From Candidatus Spyradocola merdavium (lineage in GTDB: Bacteria; Bacillota; Clostridia; Christensenellales; UBA1750): a stretch of DNA of 64,000 nt. Every line of letters starts with the position of its first letter. Position 1 is the first letter of the stretch. The notes beneath the pieces are model-generated. The model made no database searches and was not told where the DNA came from. It worked only from the letters and a program-made list of their open reading frames with translations. The DNA is taken from NCBI GenBank assembly GCA_018711265.1, contig DVIM01000026.1, positions 13,592 to 77,591 of the forward strand, read 5' to 3'. A program made the position numbers and the translations under genes. Positions 44,171-53,397 of the stretch are shown here, in pieces.

Positions 44171-46477
44171 CTATTCTCCCCGGCACGCGGGGAAGAGGTC
44201 GAGCAGCGCCTCCTGGCTTCCGTAGTCAAAGTGCCTGCCGCCGTCCGCCGTGAGGACCGCGCAGGAGTCCGACGCCACGTAGAGGACCATCTCCTGTCCA
44301 TCCTCGCGCGCGAGCGTCAGCTTCCCGCCAAAGGGGCAGGCCGAAGCGATGGTCTCCTCCGACGCGCGGAGCAGGGATTGCAGCTCCGCGAGCGCCGCCG
44401 CGTCCTCGATCGTCTGGGCGCGCATCTCGTAGGCCTCCGTTCCGTCGCCCGATACGAGGACCGGGAACTCCAGCGCCGCGCGCACAAGGCGCGTCCCCTC
44501 GAGCCAGTCGAGCGAGACGGCCAGCGGGTCCGCGCCGCGCTTCTGCGCAAAGGCCTCCCGCACCGCCTGCGCGAGCTCCGCGTCCAGAATCCAGCCTCTC
44601 CCGCCGTCCTGCGCGCGCACGCGCAGCCGGTCCGCGCAGAGCGAATACGTCGCGCGCTCCGTCACGATGCAGTCGTCCACGCCGGGAACGCTCCCCGGGG
44701 CGTCCGCCGCGACCTCCGCCGCCTCCAGCCGGGCAAGGAGCTCCGCCCACGGCGCACCCTCGAGCGGGAAGCGAAACTCGAGCCGCTCCGCGATCCCGGT
44801 GGCGCTGCGCGTCTGCTCGTCCATGAGGTACACCACGCCGTAGGGCGCGTCCAGTTCCCGGCCATACGTCATGCCCCGCGCCTCCGCCGCCCGGAGGATG
44901 GCCAGCGTCGTGGGGCTTGTCGCGTCGTGCAGGATCGGGTCCGTGGCCGTGATGAGCACGAGGAACAGGTCCTCCGCGAGCTGGTCCACGCTCTGCGCGC
45001 CCGCCAGGAGGTATTCCCGCAGGAGGATCGCCTCCCCGTCCTCCGCGCGCACGCCGTACTGCTGCAGCTGGCAGTATTCCTCCATCGTGTCCCCGGGCGA
45101 GACGGTGCCGATGCCCCAGACCATCCTCTCGACCGGCTCCGGCGCGATCTCCATGCCCGCCTTGGCCAGGGCGAGGACGTAGGTGTCGCCGTTCGCGTTC
45201 CGCCGCCCGTAGAGGTGGAAGTCCAGCGCCATCTCCGGCAGCAGATCCGCCGTCTCCTCCTGGGAGAGGGAGGAGAACGCCGGAACGCGGCCCGCGAGCG
45301 CCGTTTCGTACTCCTCCATCGCCTGGGCGACGCGCTCCGGCCGGTCGTCCGGAAGCGCGGTGGGCGTCGCGCTGTCGGCTTCCGCTCTGGGCGTCGGCGC
45401 CGGGGACGCCGCCGGGGCGCTGGGCGCCGGGGTGGGAACGGCCTGCGCGGGCGGCGCATCGCCCGGCCCCGTCATGGTCACCGCGCAGCCCGTCAGCGCG
45501 GCCAGCACCGCCACCGCCGAGAGCGCGGCCGCGAAGCGCCGCCTCCCGCGCGCGAGCCTGGCGATCCTCCGCTTCATGCTGCCGCGGCTCTGCGCCATGG
45601 CGGTTGTGGCGTTGACGAGGCCAGCTGCCGTGGGGGACGGATTCACAAAGGCCAGGAGCGTCTTTCCGTAGGCCTCGCGCGCCTCCTCCCCGAGCGCGCG
45701 GATGGCCAGGGCGTCGCAGGCGCTCTCGCAGTCCTCGCGGCTGCGCGCCGCCGCCAGCCAGACGATCGGGTTGAACCAGTGCAGCACGAGCGCGGCGCTG
45801 CGCAGCAGGCCGAAGACCGCGTCGCCCTGCCGCCTGTGGCTGAGCTCGTGCACGAGGACGTGCGTCAGGCGCTCCTCGCTCTCCAGTGCCGCGGGCGTGA
45901 GCACGATGCACGGCCGGAACACCCCCATCAGGCACGGCGAAGAGACCGCGCGCGAGCAGTAGACGCGCACGCCGCGCAGCCTGCGCGCAAGGCCGCGGCC
46001 CACGCGGCGTTCCAGCCCTTCCACGGGCTTGCGTGAGCGCCGCACCCGCGCGGCAAAGCGCAGGTTGACGTGGGCGATGCCCGCGGCCGTCCCCACCGCG
46101 CCGGTTGCCCACAGGCACGCCAGCAGCATGCCGACGTCCAGGCCCGCATCGCGCGGCAGCGCGGCCGGGGCCTCCTGCGCGGCGGCATCCTCCGCCGGCG
46201 CGGCGGTCGCCTGCGGCTGCGCCGCCTCCCAACCGGCGAGGACCAGCGGCCGGGAGGCGATCTGCGCCACGGCGCGGTCCACGCGCTGCACGGGCGCGGC
46301 GTTGCGGATGCTCACCGCGCTCGGCAGGCGCAGGGGCACGAGCAGGCAGAGCAGCACCGGCAGCCACAGCGCATAGCTCAGCCGCGGGGGCAGGCGGCGG
46401 CCGAGCAGGGCGCGCAGCAGGAGCACCAGCAGCGCCATCAGGGAGCCCGTGAGCGTCAGGGTCCAAATCGCTTCCAT
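44171..46477 (-). CDS. BlaR1/MecR1-family M56 peptidase signal transducer with a non-PBP extracellular C-terminal domain
   Basis: N-terminal TM segments, HELSHRRQGD (HExxH), a second TM/lipobox-like segment AVLAALTGCAV, then ~430 aa unassigned. GGGGAGGG RBS upstream of ATG 46477, 2 nt after the blaI-like stop codon. Confidence 0.85.
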   Translation of the reverse strand: MEAIWTLTLTGSLMALLVLLLRALLGRRLPPRLSYALWLPVLLCLLVPLRLPSAVSIRNAAPVQRVDRAVAQIASRPLVLAGWEAAQPQATAAPAEDAAAQEAPAALPRDAGLDVGMLLACLWATGAVGTAAGIAHVNLRFAARVRRSRKPVEGLERRVGRGLARRLRGVRVYCSRAVSSPCLMGVFRPCIVLTPAALESEERLTHVLVHELSHRRQGDAVFGLLRSAALVLHWFNPIVWLAAARSREDCESACDALAIRALGEEAREAYGKTLLAFVNPSPTAAGLVNATTAMAQSRGSMKRRIARLARGRRRFAAALSAVAVLAALTGCAVTMTGPGDAPPAQAVPTPAPSAPAASPAPTPRAEADSATPTALPDDRPERVAQAMEEYETALAGRVPAFSSLSQEETADLLPEMALDFHLYGRRNANGDTYVLALAKAGMEIAPEPVERMVWGIGTVSPGDTMEEYCQLQQYGVRAEDGEAILLREYLLAGAQSVDQLAEDLFLVLITATDPILHDATSPTTLAILRAAEARGMTYGRELDAPYGVVYLMDEQTRSATGIAERLEFRFPLEGAPWAELLARLEAAEVAADAPGSVPGVDDCIVTERATYSLCADRLRVRAQDGGRGWILDAELAQAVREAFAQKRGADPLAVSLDWLEGTRLVRAALEFPVLVSGDGTEAYEMRAQTIEDAAALAELQSLLRASEETIASACPFGGKLTLAREDGQEMVLYVASDSCAVLTADGGRHFDYGSQEALLDLFPACRGE

Positions 46478-46481
46478 CCGC

Positions 46482-46865
46482 TCACCCTCCCCGCTTCCTG
46501 TGGTTCTCCAGCTCCCGCACGAGGTCGTCGATCTCCTCCGGCGTGAGCGTCTCCTGCTCCACGAGCGAGTGGATGAGCAGCGCGCTCCTGCCGCCAAAGA
46601 CCTTGCGCAGCACGGACTGCGTCTCCTGGCGCACGGCCTCCTCGCGGGGCAGGCGCGCGCGGTACTGCATGGGGCTCGTCCCCGCGACGACCTCCGCGCT
46701 GCCCTTCCGGCACATGCGCTTGAGCAGGGAGATCACGGTGTGCTTGCTCCACCCGGTTTCCTCCGCGAGCGCGCGCGTGATCTCCGGCATGGTCCAGGTT
46801 CCCCCTTGCCAGAGCAGCTCCATGATCTTCCACTCGCTGTCGGTGACGGTCTTCCTCTCCTCCAC
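46482..46865 (-). CDS. BlaI/MecI/CopY family transcriptional repressor
   Basis: (M)EERKTVTDSEWKIMELLWQGGTWTMPEITRALAEETGWSKHTVISLLKRM is the family winged helix. GTG 46865 with an AAAGGGGGA RBS. Confidence 0.85.
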   Translation of the reverse strand: MEERKTVTDSEWKIMELLWQGGTWTMPEITRALAEETGWSKHTVISLLKRMCRKGSAEVVAGTSPMQYRARLPREEAVRQETQSVLRKVFGGRSALLIHSLVEQETLTPEEIDDLVRELENHRKRGG

Positions 46866-46887
46866 GGCAAAATCCCCCTTTTTATGA

Positions 46888-46932
46888 ACAACTTGTCTAC
46901 CACAGGATACCACGCGGTAACAAGCTTGTCAA
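46888..46932 (-). promoter_or_regulatory. promoter TTGACA-17 nt-TATCCT with two ACAAG..TTGT palindromes (candidate BlaI-type operators)
   Basis: ACAAGCTTGT (46920-46929) overlaps the -35 hexamer. ACAACTTGT (46888-46896) lies at about +1. Confidence 0.55.
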
Positions 46933-46935
46933 CGT

Positions 46936-46983
46936 CAAAACGCAAAACTGCCCGCTCCGCGAATTTCGCCGCGGAGCGGGCAG
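46936..46983 (-). terminator. intrinsic terminator of ftsZ
   Basis: Minus strand: CTGCCCGCTCCGCG-gcgaaatt-CGCGGAGCGGGCAG followed by TTTTGCGTTTTG. Confidence 0.85.
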
Positions 46984-46995
46984 GAAAAGGGGACT

Positions 46996-48342
46996 TTACT
47001 TCTTGTTGCGGCGCAGGAAGGCCGGCACGTCATTGTTGTAGCTGCGGCGCGCAGCGGGCTGCGCGGGCGCGTCGGGGATGTCGTCCTCGTCGCCGAAGAC
47101 GCGCTGGTTGCGCATGGGGCGGACGGGCTGCTGCGCCTGGTAGTCGTCAAAGGCGGAGGGCTGGGCCTGCGTTTCCGGCTCCTCGGCGGCGGGCTCCTGC
47201 GCGGGCTCCTCGTAGGCGGTGTTCAGGTCGCGCAGGCGGCTCTGACGCGGGGCCTGGGCGCTGCGCTCGTCGCGGACCCAGACGGGGATGCGCTCGGTGA
47301 CGCCGTCGTTCTGCTGGGCCGCGGGGGCGGTGCGCTGCGGCTGGGCGGCGGGCTGGGCCGCCGCGCCGGACTTGGGCAGGTTGTACTCCGCGCCCTCAAA
47401 GCCGGTGGCGATGACGGTGATGCGGACCTCGTCGTCGAAGGTCTCGTCGATGCCCGCGCCGAAGATGATGTTCGCGTCGGCGTCGGCGGCCTGGGCGATG
47501 AGGGAGGCGGCCTCGTTGACCTCCAGGATGCCGATGGTGTTGCCGCCGGTGATGTTGATGAGCACGGCCTTGGCGCCGTCGATGCTGGTCTCAAGCAAGG
47601 GGCTGGAGATGGCCTGCTTCGCGGCCTCGACCATGCGGTTCTCGCCCTTGCCCAGGCCGATGCCCATGTGGGCCATGCCGCGGGACTGCATGATGGTGCG
47701 CACGTCGGCAAAGTCCAGGTTGATCAGCGCCGGCACGGCGATCAGGTCCGAGATGCCCTGGATGCCCTGGCGGAGCACGTCGTCCGCCATGCGGAAGGCG
47801 TCGGGCAGAGAGGTGTTCTTGCCAACGATCTGCAGGAGCTTGTCGTTGGGGATGACAACGAGGGTATCGACCTGGGCCTTGAGCTCCATGATGCCCTTTT
47901 CGGCGTTGAGCATGCGCTGACGGCCCTCAAACAGGAAGGGCTTGGTCACAACGCCGATGGTGAGGATGCCCAGCTCGCGCGCGAGCTGCGCGACGACGGG
48001 CGCCGCGCCCGTGCCCGTGCCGCCGCCCATGCCGGCGGTGATGAAGACCAGGTCGCTGCCCTTGAGCATCTTGGAGATCTCGTCCTTGCTCTCGTCGGCC
48101 GCGGCCTTGCCGATCTCGGGCTTTGCGCCCGCGCCCAGGCCCTTGGTCAGCTTTTCGCCGATCTGGATCTTGTTTTCCGCCTTGGACTGCGAGAGCGCCT
48201 GGCGGTCGGTGTTGATGGCGACAAATTCCACGCCGCGCAGGCCGTACTCCACCATGCGGTTGACGGCGTTATTGCCTGCGCCGCCGCAGCCGACGACCTT
48301 GATGCACGCGCCGGCCACAACTTCCTGTTCAAATTCCAGCAC
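46996..48342 (-). CDS. ftsZ: cell division GTPase FtsZ
   Basis: [13 protein letters not shown] tubulin signature. Long disordered linker and the C-terminal peptide [11 protein letters not shown]. Confidence 0.97.
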   Translation of the reverse strand: MLEFEQEVVAGACIKVVGCGGAGNNAVNRMVEYGLRGVEFVAINTDRQALSQSKAENKIQIGEKLTKGLGAGAKPEIGKAAADESKDEISKMLKGSDLVFITAGMGGGTGTGAAPVVAQLARELGILTIGVVTKPFLFEGRQRMLNAEKGIMELKAQVDTLVVIPNDKLLQIVGKNTSLPDAFRMADDVLRQGIQGISDLIAVPALINLDFADVRTIMQSRGMAHMGIGLGKGENRMVEAAKQAISSPLLETSIDGAKAVLINITGGNTIGILEVNEAASLIAQAADADANIIFGAGIDETFDDEVRITVIATGFEGAEYNLPKSGAAAQPAAQPQRTAPAAQQNDGVTERIPVWVRDERSAQAPRQSRLRDLNTAYEEPAQEPAAEEPETQAQPSAFDDYQAQQPVRPMRNQRVFGDEDDIPDAPAQPAARRSYNNDVPAFLRRNKK

Positions 48343-48399
48343 TGAAAATCCCCCTATCCGTTCAACTAAATCAAATGGGAATAAACGCTTGTCCAGGCG

Positions 48400-49572
48400 T
48401 CACTTTGTGAAGAACGCCTTGAAGAATCCGCCGATCTTGCCGCCGCTTTCCTGGGGCTTGATCTCCATCTGGCTCACGGACTCATAAACGAGCTCGAGCA
48501 GGCCGATCGCCGAGGAATACGCGGGTGAATTGAGCTTGACGGCCGGCGGCGTGGGCGCGCGGAACGTGCGCTCCACGACGGAGGAGATGGTCTCCCGCCC
48601 GCCGCGCATGAGGATGAGGCCGCCGCCGGTGATGTAGAAGGTCGACCGCGGCGAGAGGAGGGAGGCGTCCTCCTCGATGGCGTCGTGCACCATGTCCGAC
48701 AGCTCCGCAACGCGCGGCTCGATGACGGCCAGCACATTTTCCCGGTGGAAGGAGACGGTCTGCCCCTCCGGGTCCTTGACGGAGAGCTGGTCCTGGCCGA
48801 TGCCGAAGGTGTACTTGCGCTTGAGCTCCTCGGCCATGTCCATCGTGATGCCCAGCTCCATCGCCAGGTCCGCCGCAAGGTGGCCGCCGCCCATGGGCAG
48901 AACCTTGTAGCGGATGAGCGCGTCGCCCTGGATGAAGAGGACCTCCGTCGTCAGGTACCCGACGTCCACCAGGACCGCGACCTTGTCCCTCTCCTCCGGG
49001 GGAACGAGCAAAAGCGCCTCGCCCAGGGCCGGCGAAAGGTAGCCGCTGATGTGGATGTCCTGCTGCTCCATGCGGGCCTGCATGTCCTCCAGGAACGTCG
49101 GGTCCGCAACGACAAAGGAGGCCATGCAGCGGATGACCTGCCCCTTGAGCCCGGCCGGCTCCATAGTGCGGCGGTCGTCCACCGTGAACCACGCCGGGCT
49201 CCTGTGGATGATGACCCCCTCGCGCTGGTTCTTGTAGTCCAGCGCAAGGTTCATGACGTCGTCCACGTCCTCGGGCGTGATGCGCCGCTCGCTCTCCAGG
49301 TCCAGCACGACCTCGTTTTGCTCCAAATGAATGAAATCGCCGGGCACGCCGACATAGATTTCCTTTATTTCTCTTCCGGACGACAGCTCCGCTTCGCGCA
49401 CGGACTTCATAATGGCCTGCTCCACCTCTTCATCCGAGGCGTTCCAGTGGCCGTCGCTGTATCCGTCATAGGGCACGACGCCGAAGCCCAGCAGCTGCGC
49501 CGGACCGGAGCCGTTCCCTTCACCCACCAAAGTCACGATCTTGGAGGTTCCAAATTCAATGGCTGCTGCCAT
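48400..49572 (-). CDS. ftsA: cell division protein FtsA (actin-like)
   Basis: AAAIEFGTSKIV.., DVGYLTTEV.., GGGHLAADLA.. Directly upstream of ftsZ. ATG 49572 is preferred. Confidence 0.88.
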   Translation of the reverse strand: MAAAIEFGTSKIVTLVGEGNGSGPAQLLGFGVVPYDGYSDGHWNASDEEVEQAIMKSVREAELSSGREIKEIYVGVPGDFIHLEQNEVVLDLESERRITPEDVDDVMNLALDYKNQREGVIIHRSPAWFTVDDRRTMEPAGLKGQVIRCMASFVVADPTFLEDMQARMEQQDIHISGYLSPALGEALLLVPPEERDKVAVLVDVGYLTTEVLFIQGDALIRYKVLPMGGGHLAADLAMELGITMDMAEELKRKYTFGIGQDQLSVKDPEGQTVSFHRENVLAVIEPRVAELSDMVHDAIEEDASLLSPRSTFYITGGGLILMRGGRETISSVVERTFRAPTPPAVKLNSPAYSSAIGLLELVYESVSQMEIKPQESGGKIGGFFKAFFTK

Positions 49573-49751
49573 GCTCTTCACCTGTGTACTACCTCCCAAC
49601 CCGTGCAGGATTCTTGTCTGCACAACTTACCCATTCTATTTCTTATTATACTTCAAACTTTCCGCCTTGAAAAGGTCTGCTTTCTCTCCCGCAGGTAAAA
49701 TCCCCTGACATTTTCTGACTCTTTACAAGTTGGAAACATATGGAAGCGCGC

Positions 49752-50663
49752 TCAGCCGGCCTCCTCCGGCGCATCCGGCTCCTCAGAAGGCGGCGGCGTC
49801 TGCTGGGGCTCGTCCGACGGCGCGGCGCTGGATTCCGGCTCGCTGCCGGCATCCGGTTCACTGCTGCCGGCATCCGGCTCGCTGCCGGCGTCCGGCGTGG
49901 CGCCGGCGTCCGGCTCCGTGCCGCCGTCCGGGGCGGGCGTCTCCTCCGGCGCAAGGTAGGAGGCGTTTTCCCCGGTGGAGACGGTGATCACGCCGCCGGA
50001 ATACCCCTCGGAGACGAGGATCGGCTCCACCGCGCGCAGCCAGCGGATCTTTTCCGCCATGTCTTCAAAATTTCCCAGGCGCACCTCAAAGCCGCTGACC
50101 GTCGTCATCCACAGGTCGGATACGGCCTCCAGGTTGATCTCGGAGACGAGCTGGATGACGTCTTGGCTGTGCAGCTCGGTCAGGATCGCGCGCATGGCGT
50201 CCATCTGGCTCTCCTGGCTGGCGGCGACGGTCTCGCCCACGGCGGCGCCGCCGACCACGTTCAGGCTGCTGACCACGGGCAGGTCGAGGTCGCCCAGGCC
50301 CGGCTGCACCTCCAGGACAAAGCCCGTCTCGTCCACGACGAGGAAGCTGTCCTGGTAGCGGATGGCTGCGCTGGCGCGGCGCTCAAAGACCTGGATGCGC
50401 AGCGTATCCGGAAACAGGTAGTCGATGGACTCGACCTCGAAATAGGGGTCTGCGTCGATCTTTGCGCGGATCTCGTCAAAGTTCAGCTTGAAGATGCTCT
50501 CCTCGTTGGCGATGGCGGCCAGGTCCACCACGTCCGCCGGATCGCGCGCCTCGCATCCCAGGACCACGACCTCGCGCACGCGCATCGCCTCGCTGCAGGC
50601 GTAGGCGCTGCCCGCGACAACCACGAGCAGCAGGAACAGCACAAGATAGATCCGCGCGCGCAA
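49752..50663 (-). CDS. ftsQ: FtsQ/DivIB-type division protein (TM + POTRA) with an acidic Pro/Asp/Gly repeat tail
   Basis: TTG 50663 with an AGGAGGGGA RBS. TM LVLFLLLVVVAGSAY. The POTRA-like block VREVVVLGCE.. Its position is between murA and ftsA. Confidence 0.8.
   Translation of the reverse strand: MRARIYLVLFLLLVVVAGSAYACSEAMRVREVVVLGCEARDPADVVDLAAIANEESIFKLNFDEIRAKIDADPYFEVESIDYLFPDTLRIQVFERRASAAIRYQDSFLVVDETGFVLEVQPGLGDLDLPVVSSLNVVGGAAVGETVAASQESQMDAMRAILTELHSQDVIQLVSEINLEAVSDLWMTTVSGFEVRLGNFEDMAEKIRWLRAVEPILVSEGYSGGVITVSTGENASYLAPEETPAPDGGTEPDAGATPDAGSEPDAGSSEPDAGSEPESSAAPSDEPQQTPPPSEEPDAPEEAG
49831..49935. repeat. degenerate 18-21-bp tandem repeats encoding (S/T)EPDAG units in the FtsQ tail
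   Basis: ggcatccggctcgctgcc-like units, about 5 copies. Confidence 0.7.
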
Positions 50664-50675
50664 TGGGGTCCCCTC

Positions 50676-51944
50676 CTAACGTCTTTCGTCTGTGATCTCC
50701 ATTCTTTGGGCCGCGCCGCCCAGCGCGGCGAGCTTTTCCTCCAGCCGGTCGTACCCCCGGTCGATCAGGGCCACGTTCTCCACGACGGACTCCCCCTCCG
50801 CCGCGAGCGCCGCGATGCAGAGCGCCGCGCCCGCGCGCAGGTCCCGCGTGTGCACCCGCGCGCCCGTCAGGGCCTCCACCCCGCGCACGACCGCCACGCG
50901 CCCGCTGACCTGGATGTCCGCGCCCATGCGGTTCAGCTCCGCCGCGTGGGACATCCGGTTCTCAAACACGTTCTCCACCACGACCGAGGTCCCCCGCGCG
51001 AGGGTGAGCAGCGCCATCATCTGGGCCTGCATGTCTGTGGCAAACCCGGGAAAGGGCGCCGTCTCGATCCGGCGCACGGGCCGGGGCCTGTCGCGCATGC
51101 GCACGCGCACGCCCTCGCGCAGGGTCTGCACCGTGCAGCCCGCCTCCTTGAGCTTGGCCAGCAGCGCCTGCATATCCTGCGGCCGCGCGTCGCGGACGTA
51201 GACGTCCCCGCGCGTCGCCGCGCCGGCCAGCAGCAGCGTGCCCGCGCAGATGCGGTCGGGCAGGGGCTCGTACTCGCACCCGTGCAGGTGCGCGCCGCCG
51301 CGGATGTGCACCGCGCCCGATCCCGCGCCGCGCACACGCGCCCCGCAGGCGTTGAGGAAGCGCGCAAGGTCCTGGATCTCCGGCTCGCGCGCCGCGTTGT
51401 GGATCACGGTCTCCCCCGGCGCGCAGACCGCGGCCATCATCGCGTTCTCCGTCGCGCCGACGGACGGGTAGTCCAGATGGATCGGCCCGCCGCGCAGGCT
51501 CCCCGAGCAGAGGATGTGCCCGTGCCGCTCCTCGATCTGCGCGCCCAGGGCCCGCAGCCCCTGCAGGTGCAGGTCGATGGGCCTCAGGCCTATCTCGCAC
51601 CCGCCGGGATATGTAAACACCGCGCGGCCGAACCGCGCCAGCACGGGCCCCAGCATGAAGATGGACGAGCGCATCTGCTTGGAGAGCGCCTCGGGCATGA
51701 CGTGCTCGCTCGCGCCGTCCGTGTCCACGATCAGGTCCATCCCCTCGCGCGCCGTGCGGCAGCCCAGGCTCTCGAGCAGCCGCAGCATGTTGGCAATGTC
51801 CGCAAGGTGCGGGCAGCCGCTCAGCCGCACCGGCCCCTTTACGAGCATGCACGCCGCAAGCAGCGGCAGCACCGCGTTCTTGGCCCCATAGGCCCGAATC
51901 TCGCCGGAAAGCGGCCTTCCTCCGCAAATGGAAAACGCCTCCAT
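50676..51944 (-). CDS. murA: UDP-N-acetylglucosamine 1-carboxyvinyltransferase
   Basis: GAKNAVLPLLAA.., active-site YPGGCEIGLRPIDLH. AGGAGGGGG RBS upstream of ATG 51944. The track ORF is an upstream run-on. Confidence 0.93.
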   Translation of the reverse strand: MEAFSICGGRPLSGEIRAYGAKNAVLPLLAACMLVKGPVRLSGCPHLADIANMLRLLESLGCRTAREGMDLIVDTDGASEHVMPEALSKQMRSSIFMLGPVLARFGRAVFTYPGGCEIGLRPIDLHLQGLRALGAQIEERHGHILCSGSLRGGPIHLDYPSVGATENAMMAAVCAPGETVIHNAAREPEIQDLARFLNACGARVRGAGSGAVHIRGGAHLHGCEYEPLPDRICAGTLLLAGAATRGDVYVRDARPQDMQALLAKLKEAGCTVQTLREGVRVRMRDRPRPVRRIETAPFPGFATDMQAQMMALLTLARGTSVVVENVFENRMSHAAELNRMGADIQVSGRVAVVRGVEALTGARVHTRDLRAGAALCIAALAAEGESVVENVALIDRGYDRLEEKLAALGGAAQRMEITDERR

Positions 51945-52014
51945 CAAAACCCCCTCCTGTCCCTGGCAGGATATGTGGCGGGGCGCGCGATGGTGCAGAT
52001 TTCCCCGGAAAAAA

Positions 52015-53361
52015 TCAGCCCTCGGCGCGCGCCCAGCGCTCCTTGAGGCGGACGAGCGCCGGCGGCGCGACCCGTTCCCGGATGGCGGCCGGCCGCCGCG
52101 AGACGGAGACGAGCAGGCCAATGGTCGTAAGGAAGATGGCCATCGTCGTGCCGCCGGAGGTGAAGAAGGGCAGCGGGATGCCCGTGGTCGGCGCAAACCC
52201 CGTCACGACCAGGACGTTGATGACGACCTGCAGGGCGATGACCGAGGTCAGCCCCAGCGCAAGATAGGTCCCGAAGCGGTCAATGGCGTTGACCGCGATG
52301 CGGTAGCCGAAGTAGATCAGCGCGAGGAACACCCCGAGCACCCCGCACGCGCCCACGAACCCCAGCTCCTCGCCCACGATGGCAAAGATGAAGTCCGAAT
52401 AGGCGTAGGGCAGGAAGTTGTGCTTCTGCTTGGACAGGCCGAGCCCCGTGCCGAACCAGCCGCCGTTGCCCAGGGCGTAATAGCTCTGCACGAGCTGATA
52501 GCCCTCGCCGCGGACGTCCTGCCACGGGTCCAGGAAGAAGACGATGCGCTCCCACCGGCTTGGAATGATGAACCGCGCCAGGATGAAGAAGCCCACGATG
52601 GCAATGCTCAGCAGCACGATCAGCGTGCGCTTGCGCATCCCACCCGCCATGAGCAGGAACAGCGTGACGAACACCAGCAGGCACGAGGTGGAAAGGTTCG
52701 GCTGCGCCAGGACCTCCAGAATCAGCAGGCCCACCGTAAACAGCGCGGCGAAGTTGTTGCGCCAGAACAGGTGCATGGTCTTCTGCTTCTTGTCCATGTA
52801 ATAGGCCAGGTAGAGCACCACCGCGACCTTGAGGATCTCCGCCGGCTGGATGGAGAGCCAGGTGTGCCTCGGCGGGCCGAAGTACAGCCAGCGGTAGGCG
52901 TTGTTGACAAAGGGCGAGCGGATCAGGAAGAAGTGGCCGTCGTTGAAGAACGAGGCGACCGATCCCAGCTTTGGCAGCAGCACCACCAGCCCCAGCATCA
53001 CCGCGCACGCGCCGCACAGCGCCATGACCACCCAGCGCTGCTTGAGCCAGCGGTAGTCCAGGTGCATGGCGAAGAAGAAGCCGACGCCGCCGACCGCCAT
53101 GCCGAAGAGCTGCGTCTTGAATTCGCCGAGCGCGTCCTCGCCCTTGACGCTCATCGTGTAGGAAGAGGCGGAGAGCACCATCAGCGAACCCAGCAGCGTC
53201 AGGATGATCGTGCAGACCACCACGCCCCAGTCGATGGGCAGGTGCTGCCCGATGACCCACATGTTGCGCAGCGTCCACTTCTGCGGCGCGGGGTCGTTGA
53301 TGTGGGATCGCCGTCGCTCCGCCTTTTTTCGCTGCTGCGCCGCCTTGTCGGCCGTCTTCAT
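52015..53361 (-). CDS. ftsW: SEDS family peptidoglycan polymerase FtsW/SpoVE
   Basis: 10-TM SEDS pattern (..PSEILKVAVVLYLAYY.., ..TTGIPLPFFTSGGT..). Its position is after murD. Confidence 0.9.
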   Translation of the reverse strand: MKTADKAAQQRKKAERRRSHINDPAPQKWTLRNMWVIGQHLPIDWGVVVCTIILTLLGSLMVLSASSYTMSVKGEDALGEFKTQLFGMAVGGVGFFFAMHLDYRWLKQRWVVMALCGACAVMLGLVVLLPKLGSVASFFNDGHFFLIRSPFVNNAYRWLYFGPPRHTWLSIQPAEILKVAVVLYLAYYMDKKQKTMHLFWRNNFAALFTVGLLILEVLAQPNLSTSCLLVFVTLFLLMAGGMRKRTLIVLLSIAIVGFFILARFIIPSRWERIVFFLDPWQDVRGEGYQLVQSYYALGNGGWFGTGLGLSKQKHNFLPYAYSDFIFAIVGEELGFVGACGVLGVFLALIYFGYRIAVNAIDRFGTYLALGLTSVIALQVVINVLVVTGFAPTTGIPLPFFTSGGTTMAIFLTTIGLLVSVSRRPAAIRERVAPPALVRLKERWARAEG

Positions 53362-53397
53362 CGCGGTTTTTCCCTCCCTTCCGGGCAATGCGCGCGC

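Noticed and set aside
44171-45500. Calling the BlaR1-like protein a beta-lactam sensor
   Set aside because: Only the M56 peptidase half is recognisable. I found no obvious SxxK / SxN / KTG triad in the extracellular domain, so the ligand is left open.
44226-46466. 746-aa same-strand alternative-frame ORF inside the BlaR1-like gene, and similar cases at 608-1771, 32638-33897 and 52280-53278
   Set aside because: These are Arg/Pro/Gly/Ala-rich off-frame translations of real genes. No independent support exists.
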